Shown here one piece after another: positions 10,563-21,436 of a stretch of 64,000 nucleotides of DNA; position 1 is the stretch's first letter; each line of letters starts with the position of its first letter. The stretch is from Pelagomonas calceolata (taxonomy: Eukaryota). Position numbers and translations under genes: made by a program. The stretch covers positions 1,860,001 through 1,924,000 of the forward strand of contig CAKKNE010000006.1 of NCBI GenBank assembly GCA_918797485.1. Direction: 5' to 3'. The notes beneath the pieces are model-generated. The model saw nothing but the letters and a program-made list of their open reading frames with translations, was not told where the DNA came from and did not search any database.

Positions 10563-12503
10563 CAAATGCGCCATGAGGGGTATTTTGTAGAGGACACTAG
10601 ACGTGGGGTATGGGGTTCGAGGGGGGTGGGGAGGGGTGTCGCGCACCCCCCCGATTGGGACTCGTGTCTTCGGGGAGGGTGGGGGGGGGGAGTGCTGCAC
10701 CCCCCCAATACAGCCGCCGCCGCGTCGTTACCGGGGGTCTACAAGCTCGTATAGGCTGCGCGACAAAATTCGTGTCTGAGTATCGTTCAGTTAGCTAATG
10801 GTCCAAAGAGATCAATGGGACACGTACTGGGGGCCAAAAAAATTAATTTTTTTAATTCGCGATATTGACGGTCCCAGTATGACTGCCGCGTCGGTGGAAT
10901 CCTGTGGATTCGTGGCCCGGAGGTCTCTCGGGAGGCGCCTGGGGTCGGTACTAGACGTGGGCAATCGCCTACACCGCACGCGCGGCGGCTTCCATCGGTG
11001 CATACATATAAGCAAGGTCCTTTGCGCTCTATTGCTCTGGACCATGATTTGCCAAAGATTTCGATCCAGAGCTCTCTGGGGAGCACCAAGCACCGGCGCA
11101 TGCGGTCTAGGCGACTACCCGACCCCAGACCAACCCGGAGAGAGCTCCGCGAGCCGATCTACATCCGAAAAAAGTAAATAATTTGGCCCCGATGGCGCCC
11201 CGTTCCCGTAAAAAACGTCAATTTCTCTAGGGCCCCAGGAATCGTAATAGCGGTCTCGTCGGACCCCATACTACCCCACCGATAGTCAACCACGAGTATA
11301 TGGGTTCTACACCACGAGAAGGGTACTCTGGTGCTGCCCACGCTCGGGACGTGAACATCTTTATCTGGACCTCGCGTAAGTCCGTCGATCATAAAACAAA
11401 CGATCGCGGCAGGGTCCATGGTGATGGTACAAGGGCTGCTGGTCGCAGGTCCGGGTAGAAGCGCCGAATAATTGAGATCGTGGACTCGCAAGACAGACGA
11501 GGCGCGAGTTGGAAACGGGACCGGTCATCTAATGTGGTAGTCGCCCAGGCCGGTTATCTGGCCCGTCCCACAACTAAAGCGCCTGAAACGCAAATTTATT
11601 TCATAACTCGCGGGTCTGGGGCCTTTCTGGTGCTCCGTCTACGCACCGTCGTCCGCGGAGAACGGGCAAGTCGGTCGATTGTGAATAGAACAACGGCATT
11701 ATGGTCCATCTGGATAGTGGCGTCGCTCATACTCGCAGATTTGGGCTTGGTGCTCATATTCACAAGAACGCGAGGTCGCGAAGTTGCCGAATCGCGCGGC
11801 TCTAACGGGTCACCTAATATACGTCGACCTGTGCCCATCCGGCCTAAATGGACTCTAACCCCAACAAACGGAAGGAAACGAACATAAACTCGGGAGTTGT
11901 CTAGTAGAACTCTTCTCCCGCCCTCCGAGCGCGGGCCGTCGGCTCCGGTTCCGTCGAACTTGTATGAAAACTGGACTGGAGTTGATATGATGTACTATTT
12001 GGGTAGTGGATGGCGGCGTCAATCGCTGGTGTACTTTGGAAACTCGTAAGACTCATCCGCGAATGTCGCGGGCGGTGCCTTCCGGGAGGCGCGAGGGTAT
12101 GTTCCCGGACCGCTACTCTCAAATATTTGGTCTCGGCGAACGACTAGGATGTATTCTGAATTTGGGTCATTCTTTTGACGCTATTGAGGCGTATCTTTGA
12201 ATTTGCTAGTATGTCGATTACGCTAGCTTCCAAATCCCGCTGGGTCCGGAGAAAGTGACAGCTATGCCTTACAGACATCCCCGGACCACTCCGGTCGCAA
12301 CGGCCGTTCAAATTCGACGGGCCGAAGAGGGGTCCCCCGGGGGGTTCACCGTAGGCGGGGGGGCGGGTACCATAGAGTGGGTGGGGGGGGGGGAGTCGGA
12401 GACCCCCCACTCAGGAGTCCTCCGAGCGGGAGTGGGTGGGGGGAGGGGGGGGCGAGACCCCCCTCCTCGTGTCCTCTACAAAATACCCCTCATGGCGCAT
12501 TTG
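10563..12503. mobile_element. Non-autonomous DNA transposon, 35-bp perfect TIRs, 4-bp TSD (ACTA)
   Basis: CAAATGCGCCATGAGGGGTATTTTGTAGAGGACAC at 10563 and its reverse complement ending at 12503. ACTA at 10559-10562 and 12504-12507. No recognisable transposase ORF. Confidence 0.85.
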
Positions 12504-13036
12504 ACTAGTAGTACTCAGAGCGGCTCGAACTTAATTCCTTCAAGTTAATGCAGCCGCACTGGCATCCTCAGACTGTCCACTGGCAACGCCGGCGCGGCAC
12601 CCGCATTAACTGATACCGGCGCGCAGGAACCCTGTCTAAAGTTTGCTCGTGCACTCTGCTGGCAGCTGTTTGCCGCAGAATCATCTCACGCGCGTCGTGC
12701 CCCGTGAACACTTCGATAGATCGCGAGCGTCTGGCCCACTTCAGTTCGCAAGTGGATTTCAGTTGTGTCCTAACTCGACGATCTCGCCAAAAAACGGCGT
12801 ATGTGAAGACCACTTGGCATAAAAAGCGGCGCGTGTGAATTGTACACCCTAGCTACCCTAGCTTTTGCCAAAGTTGCCTGTCAGGCAGCGCCAAAGATGC
12901 GTCATTCTCGTCGCAGTTTTCGCCCTTTGTTATCTAGCCCTTTGTTATCTAGCTCGAGAAATAGTTCTGTGCTGCTGGGAAAAATGGCCCTCGCCCAAAC
13001 CATCATGTCTAGGCGAATGGCCTCTGAGGATTCTTG

Positions 13037-14512
13037 TTAAATATGAATTTTTGGCAGCCCGTCATTGTGATGATTTTTGCACCATTCATTGGTTTTGCCT
13101 GCATGGATCTCAAACGGGTTGTAGATAGCAAGTTTTGTAGTTGGACCAGATGCATATGCAGCGTAGACAGCTAGGCATCGCTGGTTAATGGTGTAGATGA
13201 TATTGGTGCTTTGCCAATGGCGGTCTGTTCCATAAACATGTGTAAGTGTTGCACTGAGCCCGTTACTACCATTATGGAGGATGAAAGTGTTCATAGAGCC
13301 GTCATTATATATGACAAATAGATTAGCTGCCACTGCCGCTAGTCTAATGGTATTTATACTAGAGTTTTGATTTGGAATCCGCCGGGCCCGCCTTGAAACT
13401 ACACTAGGGGAATTGGATAAGCTAAGGGGCCAGAGAAGCAACCCGTCATCTCCATCTGCTAAAACAAGAATGATAGAATCTGGATTTGAGGAGGCCCTCA
13501 TGATGCAACATTCAGGGGCTCGACAACGAAGGCCACTTACATTTTTGCAGGCATCCCAATCTTGCTTCCAAAACCGGACTGTTGAATCTCTGCATGGGGC
13601 GACAACCATTTGGTCAAGCACGTATGTGGTAACGCATGGACCTCCACAGGACAGAAAGACATCTGGTGGTGCAGGTGCCTCGAGAAATTCTGGCTCTTTC
13701 CAAAGGACACATCCCCGGCCCAGAGTAGCCACCACAAGCAGTTCTGGGATGAGTGAGAGCGCAACAATAGTACTAGACAGAGGCAAGAGAGTCAAAAGCC
13801 TACCAAGTCTAAGGTTTTCTCTCCCCCTAACCTCGACATGTACCAGCGAAACAGCTTTTCCTGCAGAACAGACCACAAGTCGCGAGCAGACGGCAACATT
13901 CTGGACGCATGATTTTCCTTGAAGATATGAATCTGCACCAACGGATGCAGGACCATAGATAGAAAGTGATGTACAGGGTTCTTTCGAATTTTGGGGGCCT
14001 GGACTGAAAAAGCGGAGCTCACCTCCACTACCAGAGGATAGAAGGCATGGCCCACACCAAACGATGGCTTCGACAAGGCGAAATGCATCATTAATCTTAC
14101 ATTCTGATCGCCACGTGACGGAAAGACTTTCGACCACAACGATGGCTCCATCAGCAGATACAATTGCGATGCGATTATCATCATCAGGGTCACATACAAT
14201 ATCCACTATATTACGAGGTGACTGAAAAACCAAAATCGTAGCAGGAGGGTGCCTAGGACTGATCTCATTTGGCAGCGACAATTGATGTGAAGTCATGTCC
14301 CGCACAAACCGATGTCGGAGGACACTTGGCATCCGCGAATGTCCCTGTTGTGCGGCAAGATGCACACGTGCATTCATTGCATCAATATCGAGACGTTTCG
14401 CCGCGGTTAGCTCCAGAATGTTACCCTCCAAGAAGAGAAATGGGGCTGGCTCAGACGCCGTCTTCCACAGAACTTCACTGGGTGCGTTGTAGCAAATGAT
14501 TGTGTGTCGCAT
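13037..14512 (-). CDS. Putative WD40/beta-propeller protein
   Basis: 491-aa ORF with WD-like segments (IAIVSADGAIVV, LLSSGSGGELRFF, APCRDSTVRFWK, LADGDDGLLLWP). Confidence 0.6.
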   Translation of the reverse strand: MRHTIICYNAPSEVLWKTASEPAPFLFLEGNILELTAAKRLDIDAMNARVHLAAQQGHSRMPSVLRHRFVRDMTSHQLSLPNEISPRHPPATILVFQSPRNIVDIVCDPDDDNRIAIVSADGAIVVVESLSVTWRSECKINDAFRLVEAIVWCGPCLLSSGSGGELRFFSPGPQNSKEPCTSLSIYGPASVGADSYLQGKSCVQNVAVCSRLVVCSAGKAVSLVHVEVRGRENLRLGRLLTLLPLSSTIVALSLIPELLVVATLGRGCVLWKEPEFLEAPAPPDVFLSCGGPCVTTYVLDQMVVAPCRDSTVRFWKQDWDACKNVSGLRCRAPECCIMRASSNPDSIILVLADGDDGLLLWPLSLSNSPSVVSRRARRIPNQNSSINTIRLAAVAANLFVIYNDGSMNTFILHNGSNGLSATLTHVYGTDRHWQSTNIIYTINQRCLAVYAAYASGPTTKLAIYNPFEIHAGKTNEWCKNHHNDGLPKIHI

Positions 14513-14651
14513 TTGACAATGCCTGAGCTGGTCTTTCTCAGTAGTGTACTGATCCTTTTAAACTCGGAGACTCGCGGGATACCACGTTTTGGTTCATGCT
14601 CCGGATTTACGGATGCGAACCTATAACCTATCCGATGCATTGAACATCATC

Positions 14652-15804
14652 TTAAAAAGAAGAAGACACATCATCGCCGGACCAAGTAAGTCTTAGCTCA
14701 AATCCTTTTGGATCATGGCGACAACGGCAGATTAAAGAAGAAATGCCCAGATCCGAGAGGAAATCTTCATAGATTTTGACTCTTTGCTCCTTGAACAATC
14801 CACCTTCTGCGAAGTGGCAAATGGGAGCAAAATCATCGCTGACCCATTCGCCATGCTGCTCCAGCAATGTCCCCTCGCTGGCGATACCACCATTGGAAAC
14901 TAAACTTCCATGTTGCTGCCACCAGCCCCCAGAACCTGCGGGGCGCATCTCGAACTTGCAATCACCTGCGACAAGCGGCTAATTCACATATTGAAAGCCT
15001 ATTACAAAGGTAGCACACAACGAAACGTCCAGTCCCATTCCTCTCTCAGCTGCAATTTGACGATATTTTCCGGCCACAAGCCTGTGCGATAGTAGTGATC
15101 ACAACGAGTCATGCAATGAGCTATGGCGAGCTAAGGACTAGTTTATCTACGCGCAAACAGACGATCACGATACCCGTCACACCACCTACCCCAGGCGTTT
15201 GCATCACCAGCGTGCCTTTTCTCGAGACTGCCGATGGCAGACAGAGCCCATTGATGGAGAGCCCCTGCTGCATCCACACAGAAGACAGTTGGTCCTAGGA
15301 TCTCCAACAATGATATCAACACAAACATGGATGTGAGCGGAAACGCACCGCAACTAACTTCAACGAAAGAATGCGCAAATATTTTTTCTGGCACTTTCAT
15401 CCGAACACCGCATAGAACAATAGCTGTGCATCCACACCGATTCGTGGCTTGATCCAAGTCTAGTGGGACCTCGCCCTCTACGCAAAAGGCTGGAAGCGAA
15501 GGGCATTCGGATCTTTGGCATATGTACCGCTTGTTTTCTCTGGTTTCAACTCGTACGCGGCTGATCAAGCATTGCGCAAAACATTTTGCTTCCTTGAACC
15601 CCAGGGCGAAGCCGTGTCCGAAGCGTAGACCCCACCCAGCCGCGGATATAGAGGATATTGAAATAGCCGCAGATCTTTGCTTCCCACATTTTCTGCTGCC
15701 AACATCTTCAGCGAAAAGTACCCTCTTGTTATTATTGTATTCTCCCATATGGGCGCGTGCGTCGTAGAGTCAGGCCGCAGAGACGTCAGATAAGTCACGG
15801 TCAT
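14652..15804 (-). CDS. Probable multi-exon hypothetical gene
   Basis: Gene-like base composition and ORFs 15143..15748 and 14652..14948, with plausible GT/AG sites between them. No family recognised; exon structure unresolved. Confidence 0.35.
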
Positions 15805-16697
15805 GGAGGTCGTTTCAGTTCAAACGGCGAGGCCCCGGCAGGCTAACGGCATTTTCTTACACATGGACATTTTTTAGCACTCGCCGGCTTGGGGGTTGCA
15901 CTTTTTTGGAGGTCTTGAAAGTCCACTTAGTCTTACAGGTAGTACGAGCTCGTAGCGGGCACTGGCGTGGCCTTGTGGGGGAATCAATCAATCCTAGTGC
16001 CAGGCTCTTGACTTGGATGACCTGCCGCTCCATCGATGCCCGCCAGTGCCAGTGGCGACTCGGAGCACATAGGATGCAGAGTAAAGCCGAGGCTAAGATA
16101 GGTATTTGGCGTCGACGCTCGGGCCGCTAGAACCCAGCGTCTCTGGCTCAACAGCGTGCGGTCGCCCTGATTCCTACCAAAAATTGCTCTGAGTGCCACT
16201 TATTACTCTGAAGCCTCCAATTCTACTAGTAGTAGTGAGTACCGGCGACTTGATAAGACTCACTCAAGCTGATGGCAGTCGAACAGCCCGGGCCCGGGCC
16301 TGCGGACGGCACATCTGGGGTCATAGTCAGTCCCATTAGTTACTACACTAGTCGCCGCGGCCGCGACCGCGCCCACCGTGACGGCACGTGACTGGCCCAG
16401 CGGCGGCAGAGGCAAATATCATCCGGCCCGGCGCTTCACCAGCCGGGGGCGGCGGCCCCGGCCCTCAGAGGCTCAGGCTCAGGCTGCCAGCCTGAGTGAG
16501 CCGCCCCCCCATCCCCCACTCAGGCTGGCTACAGGTCACCGGAGACGTACGAGGGGGACTCCCCATAGAAAACTTACTCGGATCCCTCCGGCTCAGCGAC
16601 GTCTGCCGGCACGCTCCGAGGAAGCCCCTGCGCACCCCACTCAGGTTTGGATACGTATATGGATACGTTATGTACTAGACACAACGCCCAAGCAACC

Positions 16698-17789
16698 ATG
16701 AAAGCATGCAGCGCGTACGTTGAGTGGTATGATCCACAGCCAATGCTGGCCCGAGAGTACTTGCTGCGTGTGTACTTCGAAGAGGGTGAGGTGGAAATGT
16801 ATGATGTCAAGTCTCGACGAACATTCCTCAAGCTGTCCCCCTTACCTGCATCGATAAAAAAGGATGATCTGTACCCAGGAAACGAAATTGTTTTACATTC
16901 GCGGACCTTGAAGATAATTCGGTATGCAGATCTAGCCACGGAAAAAATTCTGACCAAAGCCCTGGAAAGGAGCACCTGCATTTTGACTCACAATTGTTTG
17001 AAGAATGGAGAGCTTGGCTCAGCAATAAGTGTTATAGAAGGAACTGGCCTAAAAATCATTAAGCTCAAGATGGTGGCGTTTACAGACATCGAAGCAAGTG
17101 AATGTTCTTCGCTATTACGTGAGGACTCTCAGATGGTGGCGCTATTGAGGTTGAGCAAATGCGTCGCAGTAACCGTGTTGGGTGTAGATGCACTTGATGC
17201 ACTAAAGCAAGTCTGCAATGAAATAAATGAGAGCTTAGGAAGAGACAGCGTGGATAATTTCGCAGTTGCCGCGCCAGACACCTCCGCAGCAACAAATTTA
17301 GACGAGTTTGCCTTTGGACATTCACGGCGTCTTTCACACTGGCCGACCACCCAGTACGGACCGCATAGCACTTGCTGCATCATACGTCCACATGCTCTAG
17401 TGAGCAATACACTCGGAGCAATTTTGTCGCATATAGAGGCACCTAAGATCTATGAGATTTCTGCCATGGCATTCTTTAGGCTCGACATCCCCTCTGCCTC
17501 AGAGTTCCTTGAAGTTTATGAGGGAGTCGTGCCTGGGTTCGGAGCTTCGGTCAAACAGCTCAGTTCAGGACCGTGCTGCGCACTTGAAGTGCGAGCTGTA
17601 GGCGCTGTCTCTAAATTCAGGGAAACCGCTGGTCCATGGGACGTCAATTTCGCCAGAGAGATTCAACCTAAAACAATTCGTGCCATCTTTGGTATAGATG
17701 GAGTGAAGAATGCCGTTCATTGCACTGACCTCGCTGAGGACAGTGAGCGTGAGCTCCGCTACTTATTTGATATGATGAATCCATGCTAA
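16698..17789 (+). CDS. NME7: Nucleoside diphosphate kinase 7 (DM10 + two NDK domains)
   Basis: EWYDPQPMLAREYLLRVY...VEMYDVKSRRTFLK (DM10 domain); TCCIIRPHA, FRETAGPWD and NAVHCTDLAED in the second NDK domain. Start could be the ATG at 16659. Confidence 0.92.
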   Translation: MKACSAYVEWYDPQPMLAREYLLRVYFEEGEVEMYDVKSRRTFLKLSPLPASIKKDDLYPGNEIVLHSRTLKIIRYADLATEKILTKALERSTCILTHNCLKNGELGSAISVIEGTGLKIIKLKMVAFTDIEASECSSLLREDSQMVALLRLSKCVAVTVLGVDALDALKQVCNEINESLGRDSVDNFAVAAPDTSAATNLDEFAFGHSRRLSHWPTTQYGPHSTCCIIRPHALVSNTLGAILSHIEAPKIYEISAMAFFRLDIPSASEFLEVYEGVVPGFGASVKQLSSGPCCALEVRAVGAVSKFRETAGPWDVNFAREIQPKTIRAIFGIDGVKNAVHCTDLAEDSERELRYLFDMMNPC

Positions 17790-17885
17790 ATTAACGTCTT
17801 GAAAATACAGTGGCAATGGACATAAGTTTTGGGATTTTCGGAAAGTCCACCACCAAGTGGACCGTAGTTTCACCCCAGTTTGGTA

Positions 17886-18266
17886 CTAGGTTGCCATTAA
17901 CCTGTTAATTACCCGTTATTAACCTATAATTACCCCTCGGAGGGGATCCGGGGTTAATAACCCGCTCAATAACCCGACGGGTTTTCGACTAAACCCGTTT
18001 AGTGAGTTTAGCGAAAGACCCCTCCGGGCGAGCGGATGGGCGCAAGCAGCCCGTTGGGCTTTTGGATACGTACAGGTGCGCCAGGGCAAGTACCAAGTCA
18101 TGTGGCCCGGCGCGGCCCAGGCCCGCGCCAGTGGCCCGTGAGGCCCCCTCCCCTACCCCTCTATAAGATCCCGGGGTTAATAACCCATACTAACGGGTAA
18201 TTACCCGGGTTACTGACCCCGGGCCACGATTGGGGTTAATAACCCCTCGGGTAAATGCCAACCTAG
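17886..18266. mobile_element. MITE, hAT-like (8-bp TSD), copy 1
   Basis: Imperfect 17-bp TIR CTAGGTTG(C/G)CATT(A/T)ACC. TSD GTTTGGTA at 17878-17885 and 18267-18274. Near-identical copy at 31599-31972. Confidence 0.9.
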
Positions 18267-18890
18267 GTTTGGTAGGGGGACCGGGCCCGGAATCCGGGGT
18301 TCAAAGTGTGCAGCAGAAATCCTCAGGCTGCGGAAAGGTTGGTGATGCATATGTTGCGGAGTGCCAGTGGGGGTCTTCTTCGTAGGCTGGCCGTGCGCGT
18401 AATTTGTGCGTGATAATTCAAGTTAACAAAATTAAATATGATAGGTATAGAGTGGGATATATAGAGCAGCCTAAGGGCCGGTGCCGAGTGCCGGTGCCAG
18501 TGCACTGCAACCCCACTAAGTAGTACCCGGGCGGCCGGGCCCCACTGGCACTGCGAAACGCAAGACCGGGCTGGAATTGTCCGCCAGGGAGCCGCGGCTA
18601 CCTTAAAATACACTAACTAGTTTTGGTTTGCGGTGTTTAATTACGCCGCGGCGCCGTAGCGTGTCACGGTGCCACTGCCAGTGTGGTCACGGTGAGTCTA
18701 AGTGTATAAGGAAGGGGATAGGACAAGGGGCCCGGGGGGTAGTATTTCGCCCTATTAATCGCACTCCTCCTTTTGATAAGGGTGAGCGCTTGCTTCTTGG
18801 GTGGGCTTATGGAAACATTGGGGTGAAAATAGTCCTCCATGTTGATTAAGTAGCCCAATACATAGCCGTCTGTCTTGTGTAAGTTGCATA

Positions 18891-19345
18891 TTAGTCAACT
18901 CCAGCGAGACTCGTGCCTTCGACGGAGCCAGTGTTCGACCGATCCTTCCGGTCGAGAATAGCCTTGCGATCCTTGTCAAGCTTGAGTTTAGTAATGATGC
19001 AGTTAGATGGCTGAAGACCAACATTCACTTGAGCACCATTAGCTTTATCACGCGTGATCCGCTCGACATTGATTACATACTTACCGCGGTAGCAGGCTGT
19101 GACTTTGCCCTCGCGATTCTTATAGATACCGCGGACGACCATCACTTCATCATCTTTGCGAACGGGGATGGATCGAACATTGTACTTTGCCTGGAGCTCC
19201 TTTGAGAGTGAGGTTGACATGATCTTGCGCCTACAGTTCGGGTGCTATTACATCATTCGTTGAACCTTTCTTACCGCGAAGAGGAATCTGCAGTGAAGTG
19301 CGCCTTCCGCGATTTCCGGCGGCTGCTTGCTCCAGTCTGCTTCAT
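18891..19345 (-). CDS. RPL26: 60S ribosomal protein L26 (uL24)
   Basis: [57 protein letters not shown] intron 19231-19274. Confidence 0.97.
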
Positions 19346-19961
19346 CGTAACAGCGAATGATCGTCGCCAAGCTAACTGAGCAAGGGGGGGGGGTTCACGT
19401 ATGACATGAACTTCGCACCAATCAATTGCTTCAAGGGGAACTAGTATCTAACTAGCACATGGGCTGCCTCCTCTTGCGCTGCCGTGACGCGCGGCTTGGT
19501 GGAACAGCCTGGTTAAGGCCTTGGGCTAGGCAACGCCACATCATCATCATGCCCATCATGATGATTGCGGCACAGCCCTTTATTATCATACGGGATCTGT
19601 GCCTCAACGAAAACTTGCCGCCATTCGGCCGGCGTGCGTGCGGCGGCCAGTGGCTGTCACGGTGCACGCTCATCATGATCATGATTACCGTGACCGTGAC
19701 GCCAACTTTAAACTTGAAATGCCGGTACAATTCCGACTCAGGCTCGGAGTCCGAGTCAACCTGAACGTTGCATAGCGCTTGAACCCCCTATAAATGTGGA
19801 GGTCTCGGCGTAGTATTAGGATTCGCAGGGTACTGATTCCTCGCTCAGGCTTAATTAAGAATCATGGAGGATGGTCAACTAATTCTCTCAGGTCGGCCTA
19901 GACAGAAGCCGGAAATTCATGGTTCAATTTATACGTCTCAGGGGCGATTTGGGTTTGGGGT

Positions 19962-20111
19962 GGGTTTTATCTCGGACCATCGCACCGCGTCGCAGCTGCT
20001 TTCTCAGCACGAGGCTGCCCAGAATCCACCAAAATGCGCACAGCCCATTATTTTAGCATACGGAACCTGCGCCTCAGTAAAAAATTTCCCGCCATTCGGC
20101 CGGCGCGTGGC
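19962..20111 (+). repeat. Dispersed ~150-bp repeat family, copy A (partial third copy ~19567-19640)
   Basis: GGGTTTTATCTCGGACCATCGCACCGCGT...CAAAATGCGCACAGCCCATTATTTTAGCATACGGAACCTGCGCCTCAG is shared with 30531-30679. Confidence 0.85.
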
Positions 20112-20310
20112 TGTACGCGCATAAGTCCGCACTTTAAACTTGGGTTGACTTTGGCTTAAACTTGGGTTGACTTTGGCTGAGTCAAGTTTCGGGTTTTTAC
20201 TAATGTACCCCAATCAGACTTGAAACAACGAACACTATATACACTCTTTCCAAGTCCGCTTGGGGTACATTTGTAAAATTGCTGAAACAATCGCTGAAAT
20301 TTAACGGCTC

Positions 20311-20370
20311 TTAGGGTTAGGGTTAGGGTTGAATTAAGGCAGGTTAGGGTTGATATTAAGGCAGGTTAGA
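20311..20370 (+). repeat. Interstitial telomere-like repeat (TTAGGG)3 with degenerate continuation
   Basis: TTAGGGTTAGGGTTAGGGTT at 20311-20330, then GGTTAGGGTT and GGTTAGAGG. Confidence 0.6.
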
Positions 20371-20835
20371 GGTCAAGTTTACTAGAAAAACTTGAGTTTT
20401 AGAGCCTAAGTCACGGGTTTTTACGCGGCCTAGTATGTTTTTTCCCACTAGCATTTGTCAAGTTTTTTGCAAAAAACTTGACAAGGGGTGAGTTAGGAAC
20501 ACAGGTCCTTACTGCAAGGACCTAGGGCTCAACTTGAAAGAGATTAAATTCCGGTGTTTTGGCTAGGCCGGGTCCTCGCCCTTCTTCGTCTGTTTTTCAA
20601 GTTGTAGTAGAATATCTTATGAATGGAGGTACTAGTGCTAGTAGTCCACCTAATTGGGGTATATTTTGGTGGAAGTGTCCAATGGCGCTTCGAATCTTGA
20701 CGCCTCGGGCGCTTATGTTGGTCCTTGGGTGCCATGTAAGATATGCGGCTCCTGGGAGATGTTGCAATCTAGTATTCAAACGGCTTCTGCTGTGATATAC
20801 TAGTATGTAAACTCATATCTCATTGCGGTCCGACA

Positions 20836-21345
20836 TCATGTTTGCAGGGTGGCATTCATGTCTGTTGGTTCCTCTACTGTGGGCTGATTAGGATTATTTT
20901 TCAAGATCCATTGCCCTAGCCAGCGAACCGCATCGAGGCCTACTGGCTTCTCTTTGCAGAGTTCGGAAAGGGCCTCGGAGAGAAAGTCAGACAAGGTGTC
21001 CCTACCGGCTTTTGTCCGACCAATGAATTGTCGCACACCATCTCCACTTGGCAGTACCTTAGGTTTGATGATACCTGTGATCGAAGACATCAAAACCAGT
21101 TTACCGCTCAGTTCTACGAGAGAGAGAGATTCCGCAAGCTTGGACAGGGCCTGTTGCGATCGGCTTAAGGCAGCATTATCCAACTCGCTTTCCGTGATGG
21201 GCATAAAATACTCGACTGACTCGGTTTGCCGATAAGCCTTTACCAAAAGGCCCGACGGAGAGGTATCGAACATTTGCAGTATGTATATGTCATTATCATC
21301 CAAAGCTCGTGCACAATTATAGATTGCCACCTTGCGTCCTGCCAT
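20836..21345 (-). CDS. Dpy-30/RIIa-motif protein (C-terminus like NME5/DYDC)
   Basis: LSDFLSEALSELCKEKPVGLDAVRWLGQWILKNNPNQP. First ATG at 21345; the ORF is open to 21381. Confidence 0.75.
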   Translation of the reverse strand: MAGRKVAIYNCARALDDNDIYILQMFDTSPSGLLVKAYRQTESVEYFMPITESELDNAALSRSQQALSKLAESLSLVELSGKLVLMSSITGIIKPKVLPSGDGVRQFIGRTKAGRDTLSDFLSEALSELCKEKPVGLDAVRWLGQWILKNNPNQPTVEEPTDMNATLQT

Positions 21346-21436
21346 CCTGCAACGCAGATCACGTATCTTGCGATATATCAAAAGTTACTTTCCAATATAC
21401 TGGATGGGATTGCCGTGGTAACGCTGATATATTGCG

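Noticed and set aside
16970..17330. Degenerate first NDK domain of NME7 as a pseudogene sign
   Set aside because: The ORF is intact and the second domain retains NAVHCTD; domain degeneration is common in axonemal NME7.
17919..18101. Identical 60-aa ORFs at 17919 and 31625
   Set aside because: They lie within the two MITE copies; identity reflects the repeat, not a gene.
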